This document shows positions 1-13,177 of a DNA stretch of 64,000 nt, in pieces (position 1 is the stretch's first letter; every line of letters begins with the position of its first letter). Under the pieces are notes generated by a model. It worked only from the letters and a program-made list of their open reading frames with translations, made no database searches and had not been told where the DNA came from. Position numbers and translations under genes: made by a program. This DNA comes from Anolis carolinensis (lineage: Eukaryota). The stretch is taken from NCBI RefSeq assembly GCF_035594765.1, contig NC_085846.1, positions 28,011,190-28,075,189 of the forward strand, in the 5' to 3' direction.

Positions 1-181
1 GAAAGCCCAAACATCTGATGGGCTGGAATTTGAGGATGCCGAATATATGTTAATATATGTTTTTTAATATTATTGAATATTACTTGGGTCTTTTAATTGT
101 CTTTTACTATGCTTTGAGTCTTGAGGAAAGGCAGATAAAAAATAAAAATTATTTTTATTTTTATTATTATCATTATTATTA

Positions 182-220
<39 letters not shown>

Positions 221-231
221 GTGTTATTATT

Positions 232-482
232 GTGTTGTCGAAGGCTTTTGTGGCCGAAATGACTGGGTTGCTGTGAGTTTTCCAGGCTGCATGACCATGT
301 TCCAGAAGCATTCTCTCCTGATGTTTCACCCAGATCTATGGCAGGCATTCTCAGAGCTTGTGAAGTATACAGGAAACTGATAACCTCACAACCCCTGAGG
401 ATGCCTGCCATAGATGCGGGTGAAAAGTCAGGAGAAAATGCTTTTGGAATATGGCCATACAGCCTGGAAAATTCACAGCAAC

Positions 483-483
<1 letters not shown>
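232..483. mobile_element. Penelope-like (Neptune-type) terminal-repeat fragments as an inverted pair
   Basis: gttgctgtgagttttccaggctg...ggcaggcat followed by its reverse complement; flanked by (ATT)n. Confidence 0.8.

Positions 484-537
<54 letters not shown>
484..537. repeat. (ATT)n microsatellite
   Basis: Direct; others at 165-231, 20306-20365, 31186-31216, 60109-60151 and 63948-63996. Confidence 0.95.
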
Positions 538-1115
538 GGAACATTAAAAAAGGAGGTATTGGTAAGGCTCACCGTCTTATGTACATTTGGAAGACAAGGA
601 GCAGTAAGATAAGAAAACTTCAGAATGTCTATTTCATCAATGATTGGTGTGAATTTCTGGAGTATGGTACATAACCATACGTTGTCAAAAATCCTGTTAG
701 TATATCACCTATTCTAAAAGTTTACAAGGCCAAAATCATGCCTACAGGGCAGAACTGTGGGGTCAAATGAAAGTATCCCTCTTGGAGCAGGAACAGAGCT
801 GATTCCTAAGGAGAATATTTGGAATAGACAAAAACACCCCAGTCCAAACAGTGAGAGCAGAACTTGGGGCCCATTCTATCCAGTGTCAGTTAATGATAAA
901 AATCTTTAATTACTGGCTAAGGAGTCTTCAAATGGACCCAGGGAGACTCCCCAAACTCTGCCTAAAAGAACAGTTTGGTCTGTGCTGCAGCAGCCCAACT
1001 TCTGGATATTCCAGCTTTACCAACCAACACTTTCCACCCTCCCATCTACTTTCCCTAGGACATTCAGCCCAGGAAACATTCAAACAAAGAGTTCAGTGTA
1101 CAAATAGATATAGCT

Positions 1116-1352
1116 TTGGGTGGCTGTGAGTTTTCCAGGCTGTATGGCCATGTTCCAGAAGCATTCTCTCCTCATGATTCACCCACATCTATGGCAGGCA
1201 GCCTCAGAGATTGTGAGGACAACACAACCTCTGCAGATAACGGCCACAGATGTGGGCAAAACGTCAGGAGAGAATGCTTCTGGAACATGGCCATACAGTT
1301 CGGAAAACTCACAGGAACCCAGTGATTCTGGCCATGAAAGCCTTCAGCAACA
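1116..1352. mobile_element. Penelope-like inverted pair
   Basis: Same terminal sequence as 232-483 in both orientations. Confidence 0.8.
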
Positions 1353-1725
1353 GATACAGCTTAGCTGGCTGTCTTCAAATTTCTAAACTGGTTAGCCAAA
1401 AACAAAACAACATTTGGCACTGACAAATACCTTAGGATGAACCTCACACAGGGACAGATAATAACTTTTACCAGAGTTAGATTGAGCAATTTAATTCTAA
1501 GGTAAGAACAGGATGATTTCAAAAAAACAAAACAAAACAACTTTATCACAAAAGAACATGCATCGGTGGAATACCATCCATAGAGGACATTGTGCAAGTT
1601 TTGTTTGATTGTTATCTATATACCAAGATCAGATCCCAGTATTAACAACTGCTTTTGGTTAGATCAACCAACTGAGATCCAATTGCCAAATGGTCTTATT
1701 TTCTTTCTGGGAGAATCTACACTTA

Positions 1726-1875
1726 GGGCCCTTCCACACAGCCATATAACCCAGAATATCAAGGCAGAAAATCCCACAATACATGCTTTGAGCTGGGATA
1801 TCTGAGTCCACACTGCCATATATTCCAGTTCAAATCAGAAATTGTGGGATTTTATTCAGCTGTGTGGAAGGGGCC
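1726..1875. mobile_element. PIF/Harbinger-type MITE (family B)
   Basis: TIRs gggcccttccacacagc...gctgtgtggaaggggcc with TTA on both sides (3-bp TWA TSD). Confidence 0.8.
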
Positions 1876-2280
1876 TTAGTCCACTGCATAGCCAAAATCA
1901 TTATAAACGCTGAGAGATCTCTTCATCTCACAAAATGGTCCCTTGTCATAGTGATGAACTTACCTAACTTCTCTGATTGATTTTTTTCCACTCGTCAATC
2001 TACTCCCACTGCTTTTGTCTTGCAATTTAATCCCATTTTACCAAACTTATTTATTTTAGTTAATTATTAGAGGAGTTTTAGGATACTGAGGAGTGTTTGT
2101 CTGCGTGTTCTTTGTTTTTTGTCTTTTATTGTTGATATGGCCAGTAGAGTAATCAATAAATAGATCTATCAACCTAACTAGCTATCTCAGGGATAGACAA
2201 ACTTCAGCCCTCCAGGTGTTTTGGACTCCAACTCCCACAATTCCTAACAGCCTCAGGCCCCTTCCTTTTCTCCCTCAGCC

Positions 2281-2412
2281 GCCACATGCCAACCACATGA
2301 CCTTGGAGGTGTCTATGGACAACGCCGGCTCTTCGGCTTAAAAATGGAGATGAGTACCAATCCCCAGACTAGGACACAACTAGACTTAATGTCAGGGGAA
2401 AACCTTTACCTT
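2281..2412 (+). mobile_element. 5'-truncated Sauria SINE
   Basis: Matches the 3' half of the 29313 copy and ends in aacctttacctt. Confidence 0.8.
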
Positions 2413-3006
2413 ATGTGTCCAATCTCAGTTCTTGTTCTTTAATACTCAGATTACTGATTTGCTCGTTGCTCTTACTTCAGCCACTAGACATATCAGGAAA
2501 TTCAGCCAAAGTGTACTATTTCCAAAATGCAAATAAGTAGCTCGTAAGAAAATCCCAACAGTTGTTTATGCAATTGTGCTGTGTGTTGTTAAGTTTTCAA
2601 GAAACAATCTTGGCCTGGTGAGCTCAGAAGAGCAAAGCACATTTGCAAAATACAAGCGTACTTTGAGAGAGAAACAAAAATCCCAGTGGAGTAGACCTAT
2701 TTGTCTGCTGCAGCAAAGACACAGAAGAAAAGTCTTGTAGAATCTTAACAACTAACACATTTACTGTGGCACAAGCTGCCACTAACAAGAAAGTACATAG
2801 CTTTTTAGCCTCAAGAGTACCGCCCTCAGTGACACAATTAGATGTGTGACTACATGGCCGTCAAAAAGCAACACTTCAAGCAAGAAGTGGCCAAGAGTCC
2901 ACAAATATGTAAACCAACTACTAGAGCTAGCATGATGTAATGACCCAGCTCTAGATAGTCATGGTTCAAAGCCCCCGTCCACCTCATATGCCAATGGATG
3001 ATCTTA

Positions 3007-3253
3007 CCCTGTTTCCCCCCAAAATAAGACATCCCCAGAAAATAAGACCTAGTGGAGGTTTTGCTGAATTGCTAAATATAAGGCCTCCCCCGAAAGTAAG
3101 ACCTACTGTACAGTATATAAATAAGTTTGTTTGTTCAACAATAAATGTGAATTCTTCTTCATGGAAAAATAAGATCCCATGAAAGTAAGACCTAGCTCAT
3201 CTTTAGGAGCAAAAATTAATATAAGACACTGTCTTATTTTCGGGGAAACACGG
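3007..3253. mobile_element. Tc1/mariner-superfamily MITE (Tc2/pogo-like)
   Basis: TIRs cc(c/g)tgtttcccc(c/g)aaaataagac at both ends, TA flanks, internal (aa)taagacc repeats. Confidence 0.75.
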
Positions 3254-3358
3254 TAGGGATGTCACATTCATTTAGAGAAAGGCAAATTTTCTCCCAGTCT
3301 TACCAAGAAAACTCTATAATGGGGTCAACATATGTCAGAGTCAACTTTTTTTTAATAG

Positions 3359-3583
3359 TGTCAGAAGCAAATTGGTGTGAGAGAATTAGCTGTCTACAAA
3401 TACGTTGCCCAGGGGACACCCAGATGTTTTACCATCCTGCTAGGAAGCTTTTCTCATGTCCCAAATGGGAAGCTAGAGCTGATAGATGGGAGCTCATTCT
3501 GTCTTGCAGATTCGAACCTCCAACCTTCAGGTCAGCAGTTCAGCTGGCACAAGGATTTAACCCATTGTGCCACTGCGGCTCCT
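3359..3583 (-). mobile_element. tRNA-derived SINE with Vingi-like tail (Anolis SINE2-like)
   Basis: Homologous to copies at 19555, 23378, 24128, 51690 and 52505; box-B ggttcgaa. Confidence 0.75.
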
Positions 3584-4451
3584 TGGAGTCAACTTGAAAA
3601 TGCTTAACAGCAGGTATTAAAAGGTGTAGTTTTTTAAAATGTAAAATAGTGCTCTTCTCGATCAGAAAAATTAAACTCAAATCAATCTCTTTGAAAAACA
3701 AATGCTGTTATATTAAAATAACCCTTGAAAGTTGAAGCTGAATATGCCAACAAAGCTGACTCTATCATAGATGTTAGGGATGGGAAGGTTCATCTGGTAT
3801 TGCTGGATTTCACTCCTGGTCCCATGCATTTTGGATAAGGGATATTCAAATTATATAAGAATCCCAACCAAAAATACATGCTAGTTGGTTTAAGTCAATG
3901 ATAAGTCCCTATACATATTCCATTTAAATATTTGCAAAGGCCTGCTGTTTTTAATATGCTGCTGCTCACCTGAAACATTTGAGGTGCTGTGAACTGTAAT
4001 ACAAATAAATTCAGAAACTAAATTAAAGACAGAATGCTCTCTATATTTTAAAATAATTTGAATGCAGTACATCAAAAATTACGGTATATCCTTGCACATA
4101 GGCAGAATGTAGCAATAGCCACAATTCCATTGCCTTGTCACATTCACCAAAATTTCAAACTTCACTTGTTATTGAGGGTTTCATATGGGAATTGTTAAAA
4201 GAGTAGAAAATTGGCCTCACAATTGCAAGAAGCTGAATGAAATTTCTACTTGGATTTCCAAAATATGCATTCAGTTGTTACTTGGTAAATGAGAACATGG
4301 GAAGTAGTCTTAAACTGAATCTGTCCCGCTAGTTCAATGTTTGTTTGTTTGTTTGTTTGTTTGTAATTTATATGTCACCTTTCTCCCAGAGTGGGACACA
4401 AGGTACCTCCCAGTGTCAAAATTCACTGGCAGCCAAGTACCTCCTCTTCCA

Positions 4452-4783
4452 GTATAAGCTGAACATTCATTATCTGAATTTCTGGAATCCAAAAATCTCC
4501 AAAATTGTGCACTTCGAAAGCTGAAATAGTGACATCTTTGCTTTCGGATAATTCATGTACACAAATGTCATGCACAATTATTTAAAATACTGTATAAAAT
4601 TACCTCCAGACTGTTTATATGAAATAAATGAATTTCGGGTTTAGACTTGGGTCTCTTTTCCAATTATCTCATTAGGTATGTATATACAAATATAGGTATT
4701 CCAAAATAAAAGCATAAATAAATCCAAAATCCAAAAAAACTTCTGGTCCTTAAAGCATTTCAGATAAGGGATTTTCACTCTGT
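4452..4783. mobile_element. Degraded Tigger/pogo-like MITE
   Basis: Imperfect TIRs (cattcattatctgaa / ttcagataagggat), related to 36162-36815. Confidence 0.55.
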
Positions 4784-4967
4784 ACTTTCATAATTTTTCA
4801 AATATAATTATATTGTACCACATCCAAAAATTATTACAGGAGATTGTCATTATGTGCAATGTGGATCTTAGGAGGAGGAGGAGTAGGAGGAGATGATGAT
4901 GATGATACTAGCATATCTATCTTGTTTGATGTGTCATACTATGCTGTTGTGTCAATAATAATAATTA

Positions 4968-5360
4968 TACTTTATTTGCATTCCGTCCTATTTCCCCGAG
5001 GGGATTCAGGGCGGATTCCAGCATAAACAAACATAAAGGCAAACATTCAATGCCGAGACACAACCACAACAGAGATAAAGTTTCAGCTCTGGGGGGGGGG
5101 GTGCTCATCTCCATTTCTAAGCCAAAGGTCCATAGACACCTCCAAGGTCATGTGGCCGGTATGACTGCATGGAGTACCGTTACCTTCCTGCCGAGGCAGT
5201 ACCTATTGATCTACTCACATTTGCATGTTTTCGAATTGCTAGGTTGGCAGAAGCTGGGGTAACAGTGGGAACTCAGTCCATCCTGTGGATTCAAACTGCC
5301 AACCTTCTGGTCAGCAAGTTCAGCAGCTCAGCATTTTAATCCGTTGGGCCACCATTGCCC
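4968..5360 (-). mobile_element. Sauria SINE body with an L2-type 3' tail
   Basis: Sauria body at ~5085-5360, then (minus strand) ggcattgaatgtttgcc...aatccgccctgaatccc...aaataaa tail. Confidence 0.7.
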
Positions 5361-6769
5361 CTTTAGACATCCTTCTACCATTAGCCATCGTTCTTCAACC
5401 TGACAACTTCCAGATCTGTTGCACTACTATTTCTACCTTCCCTGCCCAAACTGGTTCTGTTGGGTTGGGGACATTTTTTTTTAATTTAAAGAATTTGCAT
5501 ATTTCCCTTCAGTAACAAAGGCTCCCAGAAAGGCTTAAATTATGGGATCTAAAATCATATAAATCTGGAAGACAACAAGTTGCTTTGATTTAACTTGGGA
5601 TTTTTTATTTTGCTTTTCTTGGTTTCAACATTTTATGAGTTTTTTAGTGTTGTTCCATGCCATTTAATTGGACAGAGCCTTGAGAATCAATCTCGTGGAG
5701 AATATACCTTATAAAGGCCTAAAATGATAAGCACTCTTTCTATGATTTAGCCTTTCTCAAGCAAATAAATAGAAATTGACATATTTTCTGAAGATGCCTC
5801 CCACCATCATTGTGCAGAGATGTTTAGTTCGAGGATGGCACAGTTAGCACTGCCAGTTCATTTGAGGTGGGCGTAATGAGACCTTCCTCATTTGCACTTT
5901 CGTTTTCCAATAAGAGAGCAATAAAAGGATGAATGAAGAGAACGTGATTAAAACTTTCAGTCCCTTCCACCTTTTTGTGGGTAAGGTTTGGGGGTGAAGT
6001 GACTGGTGCAGGAAGTTGAGAAAACCAAAAACACATTTTTAAAAAATCCAAGCACTCCATGCTGCCATGCAATGGAAAAGCAAAGTTTACAAAAAACGGA
6101 ACTGCAGTTACAAGAAAAACTATTTCAAGAAAGCAGACAGGGCCATTTTTTAATGTTTCTACCAGATGGCATAGCTTTTGGGCGGGTTTTTTCCTGATGC
6201 CATTCCTTTTTTATCCTCAACTGAAGCTTAAGATGAACTGAGCTTTGTCTTTTTATTTGTCCTATATTTATTTATCTATGGCTGTGTCTGCAGTAAGTGA
6301 AATGCACCAGAATAATCTGCACCCCAAAATCTATTATGCAGTCCGGGCAGTCAGTATGTCAACTCTGGTTCCCTGTCCTCCTGGTAGCATTGCCACCATT
6401 ACTGTTTTGCTGGCAAGAACCAATTCTTTGGCGACATTGTTCCTGGTGAGGTCACAACAAGGTGCCCAGATATGTGACCACCAGAAGGGACGTTGCCAGC
6501 AAGGCTCTGCTGGCGAGCTGCTTCTGGCTGGTGAAACAGTGAAGGTTCTTATTGACATATGGATACTCAATGGACCCAGATACAGCACAATTTAGCTGTC
6601 TCCACATCAAAAACATAGGGAAACACTTTGGAGTTCCTTGCAGTCCTTCTTGTGCTGGATTAACACCTGAGAGCAGCACTTCTGCTGTGGAATTGCCATA
6701 AGCCATGTTAATGGCTTGAAGGGGGTTTGAAGTGAGCACATTCTATTTGGCCCACGTCATAATGGTATA

Positions 6770-7092
6770 CAGTAGAGTCTCACTTATCCAACATAAACGG
6801 GCCGGCAGAACATTGGATAAGCGAATATGTTGGATAATAAGGAGGCATTAAGGAAAAGCCTATTACACATCAAATTAGGTTTTTATTTTACAAATTAAGC
6901 ACCAAAACATCATGTTATACAACAAATTTGACAGAAAAAGTAGTTCAATACGCAGTAATGCTATGTAGTAATTACTGTAATTACGAATTTAGCACCAAAA
7001 TATCATGATGTATTGAAAACATTGACTACAAAAATGCGTTGGATAATCCAGAACGTTGGATAAGCGAGTGTTGGATAAGTGAGACTCTACTG
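6770..7092. mobile_element. Tc1/mariner (Tigger-like) MITE, intact
   Basis: Perfect 24-bp TIR CAGTAGAGTCTCACTTATCCAACA with TA TSD; second copy at 50695-51344. Confidence 0.9.
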
Positions 7093-9818
7093 TATTAGCC
7101 CATGAACTAACATAACATAAGGTATATTAGTACACACCAGCAAAAACTAATATTCATCTCTTGATGACTATTACTTCAAGTGGGAAATAGATACTGTAGA
7201 GAGGGACTTCGTAACTTCCAAAGTGGTCCCCAAAACAATAATTTTCAAGTAAATCTATTCCCCAAATAAAACAACTGAAGTTGAACATGTAATTTCTTGT
7301 TAGAATGTCAACTCCAGTCAACTGATGTTGGAGGAATCCAACAATATATCCCAGATTATAGAAGAACATGAAACACATCTTTCAGTTACTCGGGGCCATT
7401 CTACACAGAAATGCAGAAGAAACTGGGATAAAAGGTGGGGTGGCTACATGACTTTGTCGAAAATACATGCTGGATTGCATTAACAGATGAAAAACACATG
7501 TTAAAAAGGTGTGCTTAAAATCCAATTTCGGCCAAAAAATGTGCATATTTGCATCACTATATATCCCTGCACTCAAAAAAAAAAAGTATGACTTTGCTGC
7601 TATTTGCTAGTGTGGGCTGCTCCAGTGCATTTTAAAACCTTGAAACAGCTGATGAAGGCTGTAAACAAATGGAGTCACAGACACACAAGTGGCTAAATTG
7701 AAGCACAAATGGAAAGCAATTCCCATGAGAACTCTCTGCAAGCATTCCTTTGTTCTCATGTTTAAACAGAGCTTGAATTTACACAATGGGCACCAGCATG
7801 GCAGGCAAGTGACCCCATAGGGAAACAGGGTTCAAGAGGGCAAATGTAAAGGCAGCAGGAGGATGAGGAGAGATAATGATAAGAAATCTGCTTGTGTGCA
7901 CATTATTACATTCGCATCAACGCTCATGAGGTCCAGTGTACCTTGGAGAGTCAATTAAAAAAAGTAAACTTCCAGCAGATGTCCCATGTCCATCTTGTGG
8001 ATTGCTACAACTGAACCTGCCAGGATGGCGGGGGATCATTTACTGAAACTGACAACTCCATGTCTGGACTCTCCTTAAGGGACGGTGATTTTTAAACCCA
8101 CTTCTTGATGCTGTCTGGAAGGGCCCTTGGTTACATATTCATTCATCTTTCTATGTTCTTCTGTAGGAAAGATGTACTCTCCCTTCCCAGAGAGCTTTAA
8201 GCAAAGTTTATAATTATTTGTTTCCAAAAACCTAGTTCTGCAATTCCTGACTTTGGACAAGATTGTTTATAACAGAGGCAGGCAACATGTAGCTTGCAGG
8301 TCACATACCAGCCTCCCACCCATTGTGTAAGTCTCAACAACCCTCAAAGTTTTCCAGTCCCTTATTGCTTCCTCAGTACCAGGTTCTCTGGACCACAACA
8401 GATCCAGAGAGAGGACAAAAGACCAAACTCTCCTAAGTCATCTATCCTGGCTTCCAAAGCGCCCCTCAATTTTACAGGTCTCTAGTTTCAGTTTTGTTAC
8501 GGAAACTTTATTACATCTTACAACTTCTCTACAACTTTATTACTCCTTACAATATCAAGAGTCTGGGTAAAAACCAAGACTTCGTGGATTAATATGGATA
8601 AAAAGGGAAACAACACCAAGAATACTGCAAATTTCTACATCAATGGCTGAATTAAACCTGCTTTTACATCAACAAACAATTTCCCAAACTCCTGAACACA
8701 AGATGATCAGCACTATCTAGGCAATTACATCACACCCGCTCTACTAGAACATAATTCTTTTTTATTATCATTTTAATTATATTTTGGTAGATATTTTTGC
8801 TATGGAATGCAAAAGAAAATGTTAACAGTGGTCATTCTTTCACACAATAATTGAGTTGCTACTACTTATTACTCGGCAAGCTATTTGCACATTTCATTTT
8901 GAATCACACAACAGCTATCAGTTGATCACATTTGCAATCCTACACATTTAAATCGTTGAAATTAATGCAATTTAGTTCTGAATAAATATGAGTATGTCTC
9001 CACTGTAATTAAACAAAACAGATAACAAAGTCAAAATATTTAAAAGGTTAATAGTCTTAAATGTCTTAATTTATCAACATGCATTGCAGCAAAATGTGCT
9101 ATTGGTTACTAATATAACTTTTTCTCTCTCTCAAACGGTTAGACAACAATGACTATAATGGCTGGAGATGTTGGGGACTATTCAAGAAGAGCACCTTAAA
9201 ACAATACATAACTCAGTATGTAACCTCATTTCCCCCAAATTCTGAAATCTATATTACTTCAGACATGTATTTGACCCTGCAGCTGTCTTCCTTTTGTAAA
9301 TCTCCATGAAATCAACGCATCTTCCAAACAGATTGCTTTTTCCTCTATTGTGAGAACAGAAACAAAGAGCAACAGAATTCCCTCCAGCCCTGTAGCACCT
9401 CTCTGTCTTCTCCATGCCAATACTTCTGCATTAGCCCCTCTATGCCGTGTCAGTCCGTGTCTGTCCACAGGTTGGGAGATGGCTTTGTCTCCATGATTTT
9501 TGTTCACCTTCACATTCTGTGGCACATTTGATCTGGGCTCATTGTGTTCTCTTTGAATAATGCAGCCCTGTCATGGGCCTCCTTGCACCTTGTAATGTGT
9601 GGGTTAATCTGGACAAGGTTGAATTTGACATGCCGACAGAAAAAGAAGCTAACAAATAAATATCCAGGCACAAACACTGTAATACAATTTGGCTTGAATT
9701 ATGATTGACAGTATTTTTTAACATCTTCAGGTTCAAAGGAAGTAAACAAGGTATTGAATTCTCTGCTATAAATTACATTATCCACAGCTGTGTAGAACTG
9801 AAAATAGTGCATGGAAGT

Positions 9819-10842
9819 GGGTTGCTGTGAGTTTTCCGGGTGGTATGGCCATGTTACAGAAGCATTCTCTCCTGAAGTTTCACCCACATCTATGGCAGGC
9901 ATCGTCAGAGGTTGTGAGGTCTGTTGGAAACTAGGCAAGTGGGGTTTATATATCTGTGGAATGTACAGAGTGGGAGAAAGAACTCTTGTCTGTTTGAGGC
10001 AAGTGTGAATGTTGCAATTGGCCACCTTGATTAGCACTGAATGGCCTTCCAGCTTCAAAGCCTGGCTGCTTCCTGCCTGGGGGGAATCCTTTGTTGGGAG
10101 GTGTAGCTGGCTCTGATAGTTTCCTCTCTGGAATTCCCCTGATATTTGAATGTTGCTCTTTATTTACTGTCCTGATTTTAGAGCTTTTTAATACTGGTAG
10201 CCAGATTTTGTACATTTTCATGCTTTCCTCCTTTCTGTTGGAATTGTGGGGTTCGATGGCTTCTCTGTGTAGTCTAACATGGTGGTTGTTAGAGTGGTCC
10301 AGCATTTCTTTGTTCTTAAATAATATGTAGTGTCCAGGTTGGTTCATCAGGTGCTCTGATATGGCTGACTTGCATGTGGACAATTTCAACAGAACAGAGG
10401 AAACCATGAAAATTAAGAAAATCTGGCTAATAGTATTTTTAAAAATTCTAAAATCAGGACAGTAAATAAAGAACAACACTCTAAGACAGGGGATTTCCAG
10501 ACAAGAAACAATCAGGGCCAGCTAACACTTCCCAACAAAAGATTCCCTCAGGCAGGAAGCAGCCAGGCTTAGAAGCTGACAGGCCATTCAATGCTAATAA
10601 AGGTGGCCAACTGCAATATTCACACTTGCCTCAAACAGACAAGAGTTCTTTCTCCCACCCTGGATATTCCAAGGATATATAAACCCCACTTGCCTAGTTT
10701 TCCAAATGACCTCACAACCTCTGAGGATGCCTGCCATAGATGTGGGCGAAATATCAGGAGAGAATGCTTCTGGAACATGGCCATACAGCCCAGAAAACTC
10801 ACAGCAATCCAGTAATTCTGGCCATAAAAGCCTTCAACAACA
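9819..10842. mobile_element. Penelope-like element: 3' end of the GIY-YIG endonuclease region plus terminal repeat, as a large inverted duplication
   Basis: Minus-strand peptide KSAISEHLMNQPGH...LDHSNNHHVRLHREAIE resembles the PLE GIY-YIG C-terminus; 10380-10842 is the reverse complement of much of 9819-10250. Confidence 0.85.
10718..10758 (+). ncRNA. Minimal type-I hammerhead ribozyme motif within a Penelope repeat
   Basis: CCT-CTGAGGA-T-GCCTGC(catagat)GTGGGC-GAAA-TATC-AGG: conserved core, 6-bp stem II, 3-bp stem I, palindromic loopless stem III as known for PLE ribozymes. Activity untested. Confidence 0.65.
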
Positions 10843-11775
10843 TGGTGCATGGAAGGCTACACAGAACGTCTAGGGATCAACTACAGAAATGACCCTGTGG
10901 GTCTCTCTATTGTTCGTAAGTTGTGATCCATAGGTTCAGAAGATCTTAACAAGTTTCCCCTTTGTGTGATGTGCAAGCAAGTGAAATATCACAAAATAAA
11001 GCATCTGTTTTTAACACAGGGAATGGACTCTCACATATAGGCTTTGCTAGAATCATTTCCGGCAGCTACTGCAAATTTTTCAAATTTTCTATAGAAATAT
11101 CTCCATACAGAGGCTCACCAAAGCAACAACAACACTGGCATTTCAGTGCTAGGCAAAGATATTTGGTTCTCTGGTGTCCTTTAGTCTAAATAGTTTTTAT
11201 CTTTGTTAGATTCTTCTTCCACAGCTCTTTTAAGACATTGCAGCCTGCAGTGTTGCTCTTTTTAATGTTTCCTTTATAATGATTTTACTTGTATTTTTCC
11301 TCTTAAATTAATTTGAGAATTTACTCACAGGCTGGGATATAAATACTCATAACATTAATGTAATTAAATTAATGCAATTGAACTGCAGCATTGTTCCCAT
11401 GTTATACAGGAAAATTATGAAGATACTGCTCAGCAACATCTATATTGCGATGCAGCAATAATAAACACAGATGAGGAACAGAAGGCGAATAGGCATTTGG
11501 CTTGGTCTATGCATTGCTCTGCGGTGATACCAGCCAACTAAAGCACTTCTTCCATGGAAAGTAGCACCTTTTAAGTATTCTCAGTGACATGGAGAGTACA
11601 GAAATATATTCAGGTGTACATCTGGCCTGGCAAGGTTTCCACTTTTCCTTCTCCAACCAATTCTGGTGCATGGCATTCATTTGCTTCTACTCAAAACAAC
11701 TGTTCAAGAATAAGATGAGAGGAAGAAACAGTAGCCTACAAAACGCAGACTAGAACAGCAGCTTTTAACAATGCA

Positions 11776-11889
11776 TTGCTGTGAGTTTTCCAAGCTATAT
11801 GGTCATGTTCCAGAAGCATTCCCTCCTGACATTTCGTCCACATCTATGGCAGAGGTTGTGAGATCTGTTGGAAACTAGGAAAGTGGAGT

Positions 11890-11947
<58 letters not shown>

Positions 11948-12165
11948 GTGGAATAATGTACAGGGTCAGAGAAAGAACTCTTGTCTGTTTGAGGCAAGTG
12001 TGAATGTTGCAATTGGCCACCTTGATTAGCATTGAATAGCCTTGCAGCTTCAAAGCCTGGCTGCTTCTTGCCTGGGGGGAATCCTTTGTTAGGAGGTGTT
12101 AGCTGGCCCTGATTGATTCATGTTTGGAATTCCCATTCTTCTAAGTGTGGTTCTTTATTTACTTG
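11776..12165 (-). mobile_element. Penelope-like terminal fragment with internal (ATCT)n expansion
   Basis: Homologous to 9819-10170; (ATCT)n at 11891-11946 replaces the short tatatatct of other copies. Confidence 0.8.
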
Positions 12166-12279
12166 AAATAAATAAAGCATCATAGGGGAATCCATGAAAA
12201 ATCTTAAAAATCAAATGTAAAACAGATTTTACAATAAAACCACACAAAGCTAACTATTTGATTTACAGTCTGTGTAATG

Positions 12280-12414
12280 CAGTGATTCTCCACCAGTGAG
12301 TCCCCAGATATTTTGGCCTTCAACTCCCAGAAATCCTAATAGCCAGTAAAGTGGCTGGGATTCCTGGGAGTTGTAGGCCAAAACATCTGGGGACCCATAG
12401 GTTGAGAACCACTG
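12280..12414. mobile_element. Palindromic hAT MITE
   Basis: cagtg(a)ttctc...gagaaccactg termini, internal aactcccagaaatcc/ggattcctgggagtt palindrome; copies at 16940, 38197 and 56008. Confidence 0.8.
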
Positions 12415-12951
12415 GTGCAATAGCTATTACGTACGACAACTATTACTATCAGGTATGGTTATCAATTTCAACATTTTATTTACCATCCAAACAAGAATGA
12501 TTCACCTCACCTTGATTTTATTAAAAAAAATTATAAATTCTTTCTTGGACAATTTTTGAGATGAAAGGCATTTGGGACATCAGGATATTATGACATTATT
12601 ATTATATTATTCAATATCAAGAGGAAATTTTACTTTAAAATTAACAGAGAAAATTGGGAAACATATCTGAATTAGCATAATATATAATTTGATTAAGCCA
12701 ATTAGGGATAGAGATATTTGATATTATTGTATGTTGGTTTTATATCTGTAAGCCGTCCCGAGTCCCTCTGGGGAGATGGTGGCGGGGTACAAAAATAAAA
12801 TTATTATTATTATTATTATTATTAGATAGGGTTTCACAGAAAATAAATGTCTTATGAAGAATTCATGACCGAAAAAAAATTGTGAATTGCTGCGTTAAAC
12901 TATGGTTCTGGAAACAAGGGATTTGATTCCATGCTCAGGCATGGAAACCCA

Positions 12952-13177
12952 GGCCCCTTGTACACTGCTATGTAAAATCCAGATTATCTGCTTTGAACTG
13001 GATTCTATGACAATGTAGACACATATAATCCAGTTTAAAGCAGAAAATGGCCCCTTCTACACGGCCATATAATCCAATTCAAAGCAGATAATCTAGAATT
13101 TATATGGCAGTGTAGAAGGGAACAATGTGGATGATCTGCTTTGATAATCTGGGTTATATGACAGTGTAGAAGGGGCC
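12952..13177. mobile_element. Harbinger-type MITE(s), one nested in another, inside an older SINE
   Basis: Two ggccccttNtacac starts (12952, 13049) and a gtgtagaaggggcc end. Confidence 0.7.

Larger units (their letters stand above)
545..2160 (+). mobile_element. Degraded LINE 3' fragment (RTE-X-like), interrupted by Penelope and Harbinger insertions
   Basis: Remnant peptide RAELG...IFNYWLR...LPKLCL typical of post-RT LINE sequence, with many stops and frameshifts; ends near aataaa at ~2155. Clade tentative. Confidence 0.5.

Noticed and set aside
70-674. Poly-Asn/Ile/Leu ORFs
   Set aside because: Translations of (ATT)n microsatellites and Penelope repeats.
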